A DNA stretch of 64,000 nt from an uncultured Actinomycetes bacterium. GTDB lineage: Bacteria > Actinomycetota > Thermoleophilia > RBG-16-64-13. The notes beneath the pieces were generated by a model. That model searched no databases. It saw nothing but the letters and a program-made list of their open reading frames with translations, and had not been told where the DNA came from. The DNA lies in contig CAWJDT010000001.1 in NCBI GenBank assembly GCA_963841735.1, positions 1,472,001 through 1,536,000 on the forward strand. Direction: 5' to 3'. Below, piece by piece: positions 21,088 to 31,305 of this stretch. The first letter of the stretch is position 1; the number at the start of each line of letters is the position of its first letter. A program made the translations under genes and the position numbers.

Positions 21088-21900
21088 ATGTCTCTTCAAG
21101 GTTTCAGCGTACCTCTGTCTCCGGAAGGCCGGGCCGCTCTCACGCCTGTGCCTCCCTGGCATTACGCCGGCGACCTGCTGCTGGTCGACTTCGCCGCCGA
21201 TCCCGCCGCCGTCGAGGCGGTGCTGCCCCGCGGTCTGGAGCTCGACCCCGCCGATCCCGGCGGGTGCGTGGCCTTGTTCGTCGCCTGGCAGTACACCAGC
21301 GAGACCGGGGAGGAGTATCTCGACCCGGCCCGCAGCCAGTACAACGAGTTCATCCTGCTGGTGAACGCTCTCTACCGCGGCGAAGCTGTCTGCACCTGCC
21401 CCTACATCTACGTGGACAAAGACAACGCCATGGCCCGCGGTTGGATCCAGGGCTGGCCCAAGAAGGGCGGCGAGATCCACACCACCCGGGCCTTCCCGCT
21501 GGCGGCCAAGGCTGCTCCTCGGGTGGAGCCGGGCGGCCGCTTCGGTGGCACTCTTTCGGTCAACGGCCGGCGTATCGCCGAGGCGGTAGTGGAGTTGGAG
21601 AAGGTCTCCGCCGATCCGGTGTACTTCGGTAAGCGCCCGGCGGTCAATCTGCGCTACTTCCCACAGCTGGCCGGAGCCGGCAAGGCGAAACCGCCCGTGT
21701 GTGAGTTGGTGAGGTCGCTACTGGGCGGGGCTCAGCGCACGGAAATATGGGAAGGGGCGGCTGATCTCAGATTCTTCGCCTCTCCCGACAACGAGCTCGA
21801 CGCCTTCCGGCCGGTCGCGGTGCGCCGCGGTTATCGCTACAGCATGACCATGACCATCGCCGACCTAGAGGTGCTGGAGGAGCTAAAGAGGGTCGGGTAG
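21088..21900 (+). CDS. Acetoacetate decarboxylase-like (ADC/MppR) family protein
   Basis: PLSPEG...PPWHYAG, YNEF, CPYIYVD, RGWIQGWPKK (Schiff-base Lys position); RBS AGGAGG. Confidence 0.8.
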   Translation: MSLQGFSVPLSPEGRAALTPVPPWHYAGDLLLVDFAADPAAVEAVLPRGLELDPADPGGCVALFVAWQYTSETGEEYLDPARSQYNEFILLVNALYRGEAVCTCPYIYVDKDNAMARGWIQGWPKKGGEIHTTRAFPLAAKAAPRVEPGGRFGGTLSVNGRRIAEAVVELEKVSADPVYFGKRPAVNLRYFPQLAGAGKAKPPVCELVRSLLGGAQRTEIWEGAADLRFFASPDNELDAFRPVAVRRGYRYSMTMTIADLEVLEELKRVG

Positions 21901-22078
21901 GGAGGCCTGGGTCTGCCCTGGTTGGCGTAGGTGGAGCTCGACGCCGGCTTCCGTAGTAACCGTTAGGTAGAGAGTAAGACAGTCCGGGATGTGGTTGGGG
22001 CCGGCAGGTGGTCTCGAGGCTGCTGGGGCGGTCTATACTAGGAATGGATTTCCTCAGGCGAAAGGCGGATGGCAACAC

Positions 22079-23131
22079 ATGCAGCGCATGATCCTTGGCA
22101 GGACCAATCTGGATGTCTGCCGTCTTGGGTTCGGAGGCATCCCGATCCAGAGGCTGAGCGAAGCGGAAGCGGTGGAGACCGTCGGCCATGCACTCGCGCA
22201 GGGGATCGACTTCATCGACACCTCCCGCGGCTACAGCACCAGCGAGCGGCGCATCGGCTTGGCCTTGAAGCAGGCCGGCATGGGCGCCGACGGCCGCGAC
22301 AGCGCCGGCGGCCGCTCCGTGGTGCTCGCCTCCAAGTCCCAATCCAAGACTGCGGACAAGATGCGGGCCGACCTGGAGACCAGCCTTGAGGAACTCCAGC
22401 GGCACTACATCGACATCTACAAATGCCACTTCGTGGCCAACCTCGCCGACTACCAGACGGTGACGTCTCCCGGGGGCGCGCTTGAGGCCCTGAGCAAGGC
22501 CAAGGACGAGGGCCTGATAGGTCACATCGGCATCACCAGTCACAGCCTGGACGTGCTTGATCGGGCTCTCGACGACGAACTTTTCGACGTCATCATGGTC
22601 TGCTTCAGCTTTCTCGAACCCAAGGCCAAGGAAGAGATCATCCCGAAAGCGCACCAGAAGAACGTCGGCGTGCTCGCCATGAAGCCGTTTTCCGGCGGAG
22701 TGATCGAAGACGCCCGGCTGGCCCTGAAGTACGCTCTCTCGGAGCCCGGAGTCCTGGTGCTCGCCGGAGTGGAGCATACGGATCTGCTGGACGAGAACTG
22801 GAGGGTGTTCCAGGAAGGCGCGTCGCTCACCGAGGGCGAGCAGCGGGAGATCGCCGCGCTGCAGCAGAGCTACGACAAGGTGTTCTGCCGCCGCTGTAAC
22901 TACTGCCAGCCCTGCTCGGAAGGCATCGCCATCCAGGCCGTCCTGGGCGTGCGGTCCATGATGAAACGCATGGGAAGAGACCTCTTGCTGAAGGGACGGT
23001 TCGGGGAAGACCTCGTCAAAGCCAGGAACTGCACGGAGTGCGGCGAGTGTATGACCCGCTGTCCCTACGAATTGTCCATCCCCGACCTTATCAGGGAGAA
23101 CCTGCGTTGGGTGGACGAGCAGGCGGAGTGA
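22079..23131 (+). CDS. Aldo/keto reductase with C-terminal Fe-S cluster
   Basis: LGFGGIPIQR, DFIDTSRGY, IGITSH, AMKPFSGG, CRRCNYCQPC, CTECGECMTRCP. Confidence 0.88.
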   Translation: MQRMILGRTNLDVCRLGFGGIPIQRLSEAEAVETVGHALAQGIDFIDTSRGYSTSERRIGLALKQAGMGADGRDSAGGRSVVLASKSQSKTADKMRADLETSLEELQRHYIDIYKCHFVANLADYQTVTSPGGALEALSKAKDEGLIGHIGITSHSLDVLDRALDDELFDVIMVCFSFLEPKAKEEIIPKAHQKNVGVLAMKPFSGGVIEDARLALKYALSEPGVLVLAGVEHTDLLDENWRVFQEGASLTEGEQREIAALQQSYDKVFCRRCNYCQPCSEGIAIQAVLGVRSMMKRMGRDLLLKGRFGEDLVKARNCTECGECMTRCPYELSIPDLIRENLRWVDEQAE

Positions 23132-23224
23132 GTCAGGAACCCGCCAACTGGCCAGCCCAAGACTGACCAGCCGGGGGAAGCGAGTCCACCCTCGGCGGCC
23201 TAGGCCTACGGATGAAGGCACGAA

Positions 23225-23650
23225 CTAGTCTCTACTCGAAGTCCAGAGTTCGCGAAGAAGCTCCAGCAGTCTCGCGGGCGGGTCGTTCCTACCCACGAAG
23301 TGGTCTGCTCCCGATCGCAAGGCCTGTTCTCGGGTCTCGGGGAGCCCGCTCATGGCTATCACCGTGCATCCGGAGAGGTGAGCTCTCATCTGGGGCAGCA
23401 CCCCCGCAGCGTCGAGGCCGGGGAGCTCCCAGTCGATGAGCATCACGTTGACATCCCGGTTCTTGAGGAGCACGAGGACCTCGGTGGCGTCCTCCGCCTC
23501 CAGGATGGTGCAAGGGGCGGTAGTCGCCATCTCGGGCGCGTCCTGCTCCGCCTCCCAGTGGTCGGAGACTTCCAGGAGCGCGATGCGCAGGGCCGCTCTG
23601 ATCTCCCTGTTGTCGTCGGCTACCAGGATGAGCACGTTCTCCTCCGTCAT
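23225..23650 (-). CDS. Stand-alone response regulator receiver
   Basis: ILVADDN, LIDWELPGLD, IAMSG; the conserved Lys position appears to be R. Confidence 0.75.
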   Translation of the reverse strand: MTEENVLILVADDNREIRAALRIALLEVSDHWEAEQDAPEMATTAPCTILEAEDATEVLVLLKNRDVNVMLIDWELPGLDAAGVLPQMRAHLSGCTVIAMSGLPETREQALRSGADHFVGRNDPPARLLELLRELWTSSRD

Positions 23651-23823
23651 TGAGCGGGCTTGCTCTTGTCTCTGGGCTTACTATGGCCTGACAAGGAGGA
23701 TGCGCCCACATGCAGGTGGATAGTCCCGACCTGGCCGGTTGGGGAGTCTTGACCGAAGGGTGCTGTGGTACCGAAGGGAGCCTGAGGGGAGGTGTCGGGC
23801 GCTCGCCGGGCTCTAGCCGGGCT

Positions 23824-26061
23824 CTAGCCGCGGTCGGTCGTGGGCGACCAGGTCACCATGACCTTTGTTCCTTGGGCCGGTGCGGATTGCACGGTGAGCG
23901 TGCCTCCGAACGACTCCGCCCGCTCGCGCATGATGCCGAGTCCCAACTGACCCGCTCCGCTGCTGGCCGGATCGAATCCTCTACCGTCGTCCTCGATGCT
24001 CAGATGGACTCCGGTGTCTGAGCAGGTGAGCTGCACGCGGGCTTTGCTGGCGCCCGAATGCTTGGCGACGTTGTTGAGCGCTTCTTGCGCTATGTAGTAA
24101 AGGGCCACGCGCGCCTCCGGCGGGATGGCCGAGCAGCCTTCGTCTGTCTCCACCTCCACCGGGATGCGAGCCCGGCCTACGGCGGCCTCTCCCAATTGCC
24201 TCAGCAGGTCGGGCAACTGGGCGTCGGCCAGTGCGGCCGGTCGCAACTCCAGCAACAGGGTGCGCATCTCGGCCAGAGCTCCCCGGGTGAGCACCCGCAG
24301 CTCTTCCAGTCGCCGTCTGCCATCGTCCGGGTTGCGCTCGTAGATGCGGGGCAGGACCTCGGCGATCAGGCTCACCGAGAACAGTGTCTGGCTGACGGCG
24401 TCGTGTAGATCGCGGGCCAGGCGCTGCCGCTCCCGGCCGGCGGCCGACTCGTCGGCCTGTTCGTAGAGACGGGAGTTCTCGATGGCGATGGCCAGCTGGT
24501 CGGCCAGGGTCTGGGCGGCGGATACGTCGTGTCCGTCGAGAGGTTGAGCGCTCCGGGCGGTGATGTCGAGGACTCCCACCAGGCTGTCCTTGATCCGGAT
24601 GGGGACCGCGATCTCCGCGTAGCGGCCGGTCTCGCCTGGCACGCCCAGGAGTGAATGCTCACCGGTAGATGCCACCGCGCTGATGGCCGGCAGACAGACC
24701 GGCTCTCTCAAATCGACCGCCGTCGGCTCACCGCACTCAGCGTCTTCCTCACAGGTTAGGAGGTCACCGCGGAGGTCTCCGGTGTTGCCGGTGAGCAGAA
24801 GCACCCGTACGCTCTGGTAGTCGAAGGTGGACACCAGCGATCGGGCCACGTAGGGCACCAGTTGCTTCAGGTCGAGAATGGCGCTGATGTGTCGCCCGGC
24901 TTCGTTGATGGCGCGCAGGTGGTCGGTGCGGCGCTCGAGGTTTCTCACCAAGTCGCGCAGGCGCGCGGTCATGCGGTTGAAGGCTCCGGCCAGGGTGCCG
25001 ATCTCGTCGTGTTGGCCTACGTCGGCCTCGAGGTCGAGCTCTCCCGCCGCGATGCGGCCGGCTGTGTTCCCCAACTGGGCCAGGGGACGGACGATGCGCC
25101 GGGTAAGGGCGATCCCCGCCAGGATGGCCAGTATGGCCGCCAAGATAGCGACCCCGCTGGTTATGGTCAACGCGATCCGGGTGGGCCCCAGGGCCTCCGC
25201 CTGCTCCTGCTCGGCGATCAGGGCGACCTTGAGCCCGGGGATCCAGTCATACACGCCGATGACCGAGTCTCCCGCGTAGCCCCGGTAGGTGGCGGAGCCA
25301 TCCCGGCCACGTCCTATGGCGGCATCGGTGCCTTCAGTGCGGATGTAGGTGTCGGGTATGGAGTAGCCCGGCTGGCGGAGATAGGTGAGCAGCCGGTAGT
25401 TGGATCCCACCAGGTAAGTCTCGCCGGTCTCCCCGAGTCCGGCGCGCTCGATCATGATCGCGTTGAGACCACTCAGGTCCGCGCGCCCGGCGATGACTCC
25501 GATGGTCTCCCCGCCTTCCAGCACAGGCGCGCTGGCTACGATGGTCATCTTGCCCAGGGAGAGCGAGTACGAGGGCTCCTGCAGGTACTTGCCCTTGAGC
25601 CCTTGGACGAAGTAGTCGTTCAGTCCGACGCGCTGACCCTCGTGGCTTTGGTCCGTAGAGATGAGCACCACGCCGTCCTTGTCCATGAAGAACACTTCCT
25701 CGAACAGCCCCATGCGGATAACCGCCCAGAGGAAGCGCTCCTGTACCTGGTTGTAGGTTCCCCCACGGCGCGATTCTTCCGGAACCCCAAGGGTGAGCGC
25801 GCGGAGGTCGCGGGGGATCTCGGTGAACGAGAGCACGATATCCAGACTAAGCCTGAGACCGTCGGTCCAGGTCAAGATCTCCTGCATCTTGAGCGTAGCC
25901 ACCGATTTCAGCTGGCCCACCACGCGATTGTGGGCGTCGCGAGATCCCACGACCGATGTGACAATGCTGATGGCGAGCGCGGTGAGCACCACGCTCATAG
26001 TGAGGAAAAGCAGCAGCCTGCTCCGGATGCTGAGTGAGCGGGGGAGGGAGAGGCGCTTCAC
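23824..26061 (-). CDS. Sensor histidine kinase (TM-dCache-TM-HAMP-GAF-HisKA_3-HATPase)
   Basis: RPLAQL...DEIGTLAGAFNRM (HAMP), GAF, ERQRLARDLHDAVSQ, QEALNNVAKH, DDGRGF, GLGIMRER. Confidence 0.9.
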   Translation of the reverse strand: MKRLSLPRSLSIRSRLLLFLTMSVVLTALAISIVTSVVGSRDAHNRVVGQLKSVATLKMQEILTWTDGLRLSLDIVLSFTEIPRDLRALTLGVPEESRRGGTYNQVQERFLWAVIRMGLFEEVFFMDKDGVVLISTDQSHEGQRVGLNDYFVQGLKGKYLQEPSYSLSLGKMTIVASAPVLEGGETIGVIAGRADLSGLNAIMIERAGLGETGETYLVGSNYRLLTYLRQPGYSIPDTYIRTEGTDAAIGRGRDGSATYRGYAGDSVIGVYDWIPGLKVALIAEQEQAEALGPTRIALTITSGVAILAAILAILAGIALTRRIVRPLAQLGNTAGRIAAGELDLEADVGQHDEIGTLAGAFNRMTARLRDLVRNLERRTDHLRAINEAGRHISAILDLKQLVPYVARSLVSTFDYQSVRVLLLTGNTGDLRGDLLTCEEDAECGEPTAVDLREPVCLPAISAVASTGEHSLLGVPGETGRYAEIAVPIRIKDSLVGVLDITARSAQPLDGHDVSAAQTLADQLAIAIENSRLYEQADESAAGRERQRLARDLHDAVSQTLFSVSLIAEVLPRIYERNPDDGRRRLEELRVLTRGALAEMRTLLLELRPAALADAQLPDLLRQLGEAAVGRARIPVEVETDEGCSAIPPEARVALYYIAQEALNNVAKHSGASKARVQLTCSDTGVHLSIEDDGRGFDPASSGAGQLGLGIMRERAESFGGTLTVQSAPAQGTKVMVTWSPTTDRG

Positions 26062-26084
26062 ATCACGAGGGAGGCTGCGGTCTT

Positions 26085-27075
26085 CTACGGCTCGACCGGG
26101 CTGAACTGCATGGTGTAGCCGGGTCGTTCGGCGTTGAAGGCATCCACCATGAGTTGCTGCCAGCGAGCAGCATCGATCCATCCTACCGGGACTTGGGGGG
26201 TATCAATGAGAGGCGCGACCGCGTGAACGGCCAGTTGCTGGAACTCGAACCCGTTGTTCGGGCGCCCAGGTCTCGAGTATCTCGGCGGCCTCATTCTGGT
26301 GCTCGAGGGCGTACCGCCAACCGTCATAGCTCGCCTGGACGAAGCGCTTCACCAGGGTCGGTTGCTGGGAGACGGTGCTATCGAGTGTGATGAGCAGGCC
26401 CTCATAGCCACCGATGCCGTAGTCGGACGGGAAGATGTTGTCCACGGGATAGCCGGCCACCTCGGCCCTGATGGGCTCGTCCTGAGCGTAGCCCAGCCAC
26501 GCATCCACAGTGCCGTCGTATAGCAGCGACATCTGGTCGGGCGTGACGTCCACGGTGGTGACCGAGGCGGGATCCACTCCGGCTGCCGTGAGGGTTTCGC
26601 GCAGAATGTTCTTCCAGTAGGTGGTGGTGGTGCCTACCCGTTTGCCCGCCAGGTCGACGGGTTTTCGGATATCCGAGCCGGCAAGAGAGAAGATCACCAG
26701 GGGAGGTATCTGGAACGCGGACATGACCGCCACAGCCGGTTGCCCGGCCATGACCAGGTCGCGTTGTTCGGCGAATGAGCAGATGGCGAAGGTGGCGGCA
26801 CCGTTCAGTAGCTGCTCCCGGGCGGGCGCGCTCGGGGGTCCGCCCTCTAGGATGGTAACGTCGAGGCCTTGGTCTTCGTAGAAGCCTTTGGCCGCGGCCA
26901 CGTAGTAGCCCACGAACTCGGCCTCGTGGTACCAGTTGAGTTGCAGGGTCACGTCGGCGGCGGGTTGCGCTTCGCCACAGCCGGCCGCGACGCCTGCGAC
27001 CAGCGCCAGGCCGATAGCCAGGGCCAAAATGAGGGCGGGGACTCTGGCCGTGAGGGTGGTGGCGTTACGCCTCAT
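26085..27075 (-). CDS. NMT1/THI5-like substrate-binding lipoprotein (frameshift near 26260)
   Basis: AAGC lipobox; VTLQLNWYHEAEFVGYYVAAAKGFYEDQGLDV, DLAGKRVG, FVQASYDGWRYA. Confidence 0.8.
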
Positions 27076-27710
27076 TTCACCAGTCCTTCGTGGATGGCCA
27101 TCGACACCGCCTCGGTGCGGCCGGACGCGCCGAGCTTCATTAGGATGTTGCTCACGTGGAACTTCACAGTCGAACGGCTGACGAAGAGCTTTGTGGCCAT
27201 CTCCGGATTGCTCAGCCCATCGACCATGAGTCTTAGGATCTCGAGTTCTCGGTCGGTGAGGCCATGGTCGGTCTGCTCTGGGTTTGTGGCGGCCTTGATG
27301 AGCACCTGGGCTGCTTCGGGCGCCAGCGTGGGCCGGCCGGCATGGGCGGCATGTATGGCCCGGGCCAGCTCGTCGGCCGAGACGTTCTTGAGCAGGTAGC
27401 TGATGGCTCCGGCCTTGAGGGCCGCCTGCACCAGGTCCTCCTCCTTGTAGCTGGTGAGCGCGATGACCTGCACGTGCGGACATTGTTCGCGGATGAGCTT
27501 GGTGGTCTGGGCGCCGTCGAGGTCGGGCATCATCAGGTCCATGAGCACCACGTCAGGGGCGAAGTCCCGGCACTTGGCCACTGCCTCGGTGCCGCCGCCG
27601 GCTTCGCCGACGAACTCCAGGTCGTCGTACGCCATCAAGAAGGCGGAAAGCCCGCTGCGCACCACGGCGTGGTCGTCAACGATCATCACACGCACCGGTT
27701 GCTGATCCAT
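27072..27710 (-). CDS. NarL/LuxR family response regulator
   Basis: VDDHAVVRSG, DVVLMDL, LTDRELEIL...LSNPEMA...TVKFHVSNILMKL. Confidence 0.93.
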   Translation of the reverse strand: MDQQPVRVMIVDDHAVVRSGLSAFLMAYDDLEFVGEAGGGTEAVAKCRDFAPDVVLMDLMMPDLDGAQTTKLIREQCPHVQVIALTSYKEEDLVQAALKAGAISYLLKNVSADELARAIHAAHAGRPTLAPEAAQVLIKAATNPEQTDHGLTDRELEILRLMVDGLSNPEMATKLFVSRSTVKFHVSNILMKLGASGRTEAVSMAIHEGLVK

Positions 27711-27794
27711 TGTCCTCCCTGCGCCCTATTGTCCAAGAATGCCGTCGCTCAAGAATACATTGCGGCAGCTTCGGCCGCTACGGGGTGCGACTCG

Positions 27795-27872
27795 GCAGGG
27801 CCTACCGACGCACTTGGGGTCCCGCTGGCTCCGCAGGGCCTACCGACGCACTTGGGGTCCCGCTGGCTCCGC
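27795..27872. repeat. Exact 38-bp tandem duplication
   Basis: GCAGGGCCTACCGACGCACTTGGGGTCCCGCTGGCTCC at 27795-27832 and 27833-27870. Confidence 0.9.
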
Positions 27873-28015
27873 CTCACGGCAACCAGGGCTCCCCAACTGG
27901 CCAGGCTGAATACCCTCCGGCCGGTCAGACAAATACCCCCCTCCTGCCTGATTCGGCGCGGCTTCCGAGTGACGAAACTTAGAGGCAGCAAAACGCACCG
28001 TCTGGAGGGACGACA

Positions 28016-29181
28016 ATGAGCACGTTCAGGAACATCTTTCGCAGAAAGCTTCGTGCCTTTCTCACCATCTTCGGCATCACCATCGGGGTGTTCGCGCTGG
28101 TGGTCATGGGCGGGATGGCCGAGAAGATCAACCTCATGATCAGTGGCGGCACCCAGTACTACAGCGACAAGGTCTTGGTCGAAGACGCCTCCAACATGAC
28201 CGGCAGTCTCAGCAGCACCCCGGTCTCGGTGGACCGCATCGGCGACATCGAGGCCGTGGCCGGCGTGGCCCGGGCTTCGGCCGGCATCTGGATGACCCTC
28301 GACCCGGACGCGGGCATGAGCATGGCGATGCCCCAAGGCCATCACGGGCAGCGATGGGCGCGAGATCGGCTACGAGACCTTTCCCCTCAAGATGGCTGAA
28401 GGCCGCGACCTGAACGGGCGACGACCGGGGCAAGGCCGTGTTGGGCTGCGATGTCGCCAAGGCCATGGGGGCCGGGGTGGGCAAGACCGTCGAGATCCGT
28501 GGACGGCAGTTCGAAGTGGTCGGCATCTATGACAAGACCCTGACCGCTCCCGACAGCACGGTCACGGTCACGCTGGCAGACGCGCAGGAGATGTTCTTCG
28601 CTCAACTGCCGGCCATGATCCAGACCCAGATCCGGCCTGAGCAGTTGGCCACTCAGATCACCGTGTACCCGGAGCCCGGCATAGACGCCGACCAGCTGGC
28701 TTCGACCATCCAGGACGCGGTGGCCGGCGTGAAGGCAACCGGTCCGCAGGCTTTCATCGACATGTTCAAGAGCGCGACCAAGATCTTCAACGGCATCATC
28801 TTCGGAGTGGCCCTCATCTCTCTCTTCGTTGGCGGCCTCTCGGTGGTCAACACCATGACCATGTCGGTGTACGAGCGCACCCGCGAGATCGGCATCCGCA
28901 AGGCCATCGGCGCCTCGCACCGGCAGATCGTGGGGCAGTTCCTGGGCGAGTCGGCCCTCATCGGGTTCCTAGGCGGAGCGACCGGCCTTGTGCTGGGGTG
29001 GGTCACCACCCTGGCGGTGAATGCAGTCACGAGCGGCAGCGGCACGGTGCTCTTCCTGGTCACCCCGCGCCTGGCGATCGGCTCGTTGGTCTTCGCGGTG
29101 GTGCTCGGAGTGGGCAGTGGCTTCTATCCCTCGCTGCACGCGGCCCGGCTGAAGCCGGTCATGGCCCTGCGCTACGAGTGA
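28016..29181 (+). CDS. MacB/FtsX-type ABC permease (frameshifted about 28340-28420)
   Basis: RNIFRRKLRAFLTIFGITIGV; VNTMTMSVYERTREIGIRKAIGA; AARLKPVMALRYE. Confidence 0.85.
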
Positions 29182-29192
29182 GGCGCACGGCA

Positions 29193-30015
29193 ATGCATGC
29201 CAAAGAAACAGCACAAGACTTTGAGAGATTCGGATCGACCAAAGACTCGACTGAAGGGATGGCGACGATGAAAAGCATGGTGAGCGCAACCGGACTGGCC
29301 AAGCGCTATGAGTTGGGCAAAGAGAACTACGTGGATGCCCTGCAGGGGCGTGGCGGTGGATATCAAAGCGGGCGAGATGGTGGCCATCATGGGGCCATCG
29401 GGATGCGGCAAGTCCACACTGCTGCACGTGCTCGGCTGCCTGGACAACGCCGATGCGGGCGAGATCTGGCTGAACGGGCGCAGGATCGACGACATGGGCG
29501 CCGGCGCCATCACCAAGCTGCTGCGCGACGAGATCGGCTTCATCTTCCAGGGATTCAACCTGGTGCAAGGCATGACGGCCCTGGAGAACGTGGCCCTGGC
29601 CGCCGAGTACGCGGGCAAGAAGCGGCGTGAAGCTCAGAATGCCGCCCGCGAGGCCCTGGAGCGCGTGGGGCTGGGCGACCGCGTGGACCACCGGCCCAAC
29701 GAGCTCTCGGGCGGCCAGCAGCAACGGGTGGCCATCGCCCGGGCGCTGGTGAACGATCCGCTGGTGATCTTCGGCGACGAGCCCACCGGCAACCTCGACA
29801 GTGCCAGCTCGGCCGAAGTCATCGACATGATGCGCGAGATCAACCTGACCACGGGGCGGACCTTCATCCTGGTGACGCACGATGCCGGCGTGGCCGAGGC
29901 CTGCGACCGGGTGATCCACATGCGCGACGGCCTGGTGATCGGAGACGAGACGGACGTACCGGACTGGGAGATGGTCGCCAGCCTCGCCGGGACGGCCGAG
30001 CCGGTCGCCGCGTAG
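29193..30015 (+). CDS. ABC transporter ATP-binding protein, LolD/MacB-like (frameshift near 29345; start uncertain)
   Basis: [36 protein letters not shown]. Confidence 0.88.
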
Positions 30016-30219
30016 GCGCAAGGAGCGCACCCGCACCAGCATCCCGTATGCGCCCCAGGTCGAGGACTGGGTTCTCCCCAGTGAAGAGCGCATACGGGAT
30101 GACGTCAGGCTCTTGGTGGAGTAGCGGCGGGGCCGCTCTCGTCGAGCTGTCTCTCGACTGTGGCTCCCCTGGTAGTATTCTGGCGACTAGGGGATAGCTA
30201 GAGATAGTGGAGGAAAAGG

Positions 30220-31305
30220 ATGTATCGCATCGACCTGCGCAAGCCGGATGGGCGGCGGCTGATGCTCTATTCCCGCTCTCCGATCGCCGAGGGCTTGATT
30301 GCACCGAGTCCGAGCGCTGAGAGGGTCATGCCCAACCCGCACATGCGCTGGCATCCCTTGCGCGGGGAGTGGGTGGCATATGCCGCTCACCGGCAAGCGC
30401 GGACCTTCTTACCGCCTCCGGATTTCGATCCCCTCAGTCCCACTGTGGATCCGGCTCAGCCCACGGAAGTGCCCGCCGGTGAGTACGATGTGGCGGTCTT
30501 CGAGAACCTCTTTCCCACCTTCGCCGAGAGCGCTCACGATGCCCCCAGCTCCATGCTACCCACGGCGCCGGCCCGGGGCGCATGCGAGGTGGTGGTCTAC
30601 ACCCAGGACCCGAGCGAGTCGCTGGGCTCCCTTCCCCTGGATCACGTCGCTCTGTTGGTGGACGTTTGGGCCGATCGCACCACGGAGCTCGGCTCGCGAG
30701 AGGACGTGAAGTATGTGTTCCCGTTTGAGAACCGGGGCGTGGAGGTGGGGGTGACCCTGCATCATCCCCATGGGCAGATCTACGCCTATCCGTTCGTGCC
30801 GCCGGTGATGGCGAAGGAGCTCTCGTGCCAGCAGGCGTTCTATGCGGAGCACGGCAAGGGCCTGCTGGCCGAGCATACCCGGCAGGAACTCGAAGAAGGC
30901 AGGCGGATCCTCTATCACGGGCCGCACTGCGTTGCTTACGTACCGGCGTGTTCGCGCGGGGCCTACGAGATCTGGGTGGTGCCCGTGTCCGGGGCGCCGT
31001 TCCTAGCCGATCTTGCCCCTGAGGAACGGCTGGACCTGGCAAGGGCGCTCAAGACGGCGCTGCTGAAGCTCGATGGCCTGTGGGGCCGGCCGATGCCGCT
31101 CATCATGGCCTTTCATCAGGCGCCCACCGACGGGGCGGCGTATCCGGAGGCGCACGCTCATATCCAGATCTATCCGTGGATGCGGATGGAGGGTCGGGTC
31201 AAGTACCTGGCCGGCAGCGAGATCGGCGCGGGCGTCTTCACGGCCGATACTTTGCCCGAGGACAAAGCGGCCGAACTCCAAGCCGTGCAGGTGGACATTG
31301 GCTGA
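30220..31305 (+). CDS. galT: Galactose-1-phosphate uridylyltransferase
   Basis: RWHPLRGEWV...HRQAR, FENLFP, FENRG...GVTLHHPHGQ. Confidence 0.92.
   Translation: MYRIDLRKPDGRRLMLYSRSPIAEGLIAPSPSAERVMPNPHMRWHPLRGEWVAYAAHRQARTFLPPPDFDPLSPTVDPAQPTEVPAGEYDVAVFENLFPTFAESAHDAPSSMLPTAPARGACEVVVYTQDPSESLGSLPLDHVALLVDVWADRTTELGSREDVKYVFPFENRGVEVGVTLHHPHGQIYAYPFVPPVMAKELSCQQAFYAEHGKGLLAEHTRQELEEGRRILYHGPHCVAYVPACSRGAYEIWVVPVSGAPFLADLAPEERLDLARALKTALLKLDGLWGRPMPLIMAFHQAPTDGAAYPEAHAHIQIYPWMRMEGRVKYLAGSEIGAGVFTADTLPEDKAAELQAVQVDIG

Noticed and set aside
27795-27872. 38-bp duplication as a mini-CRISPR
   Set aside because: The units are directly adjacent with no spacer.
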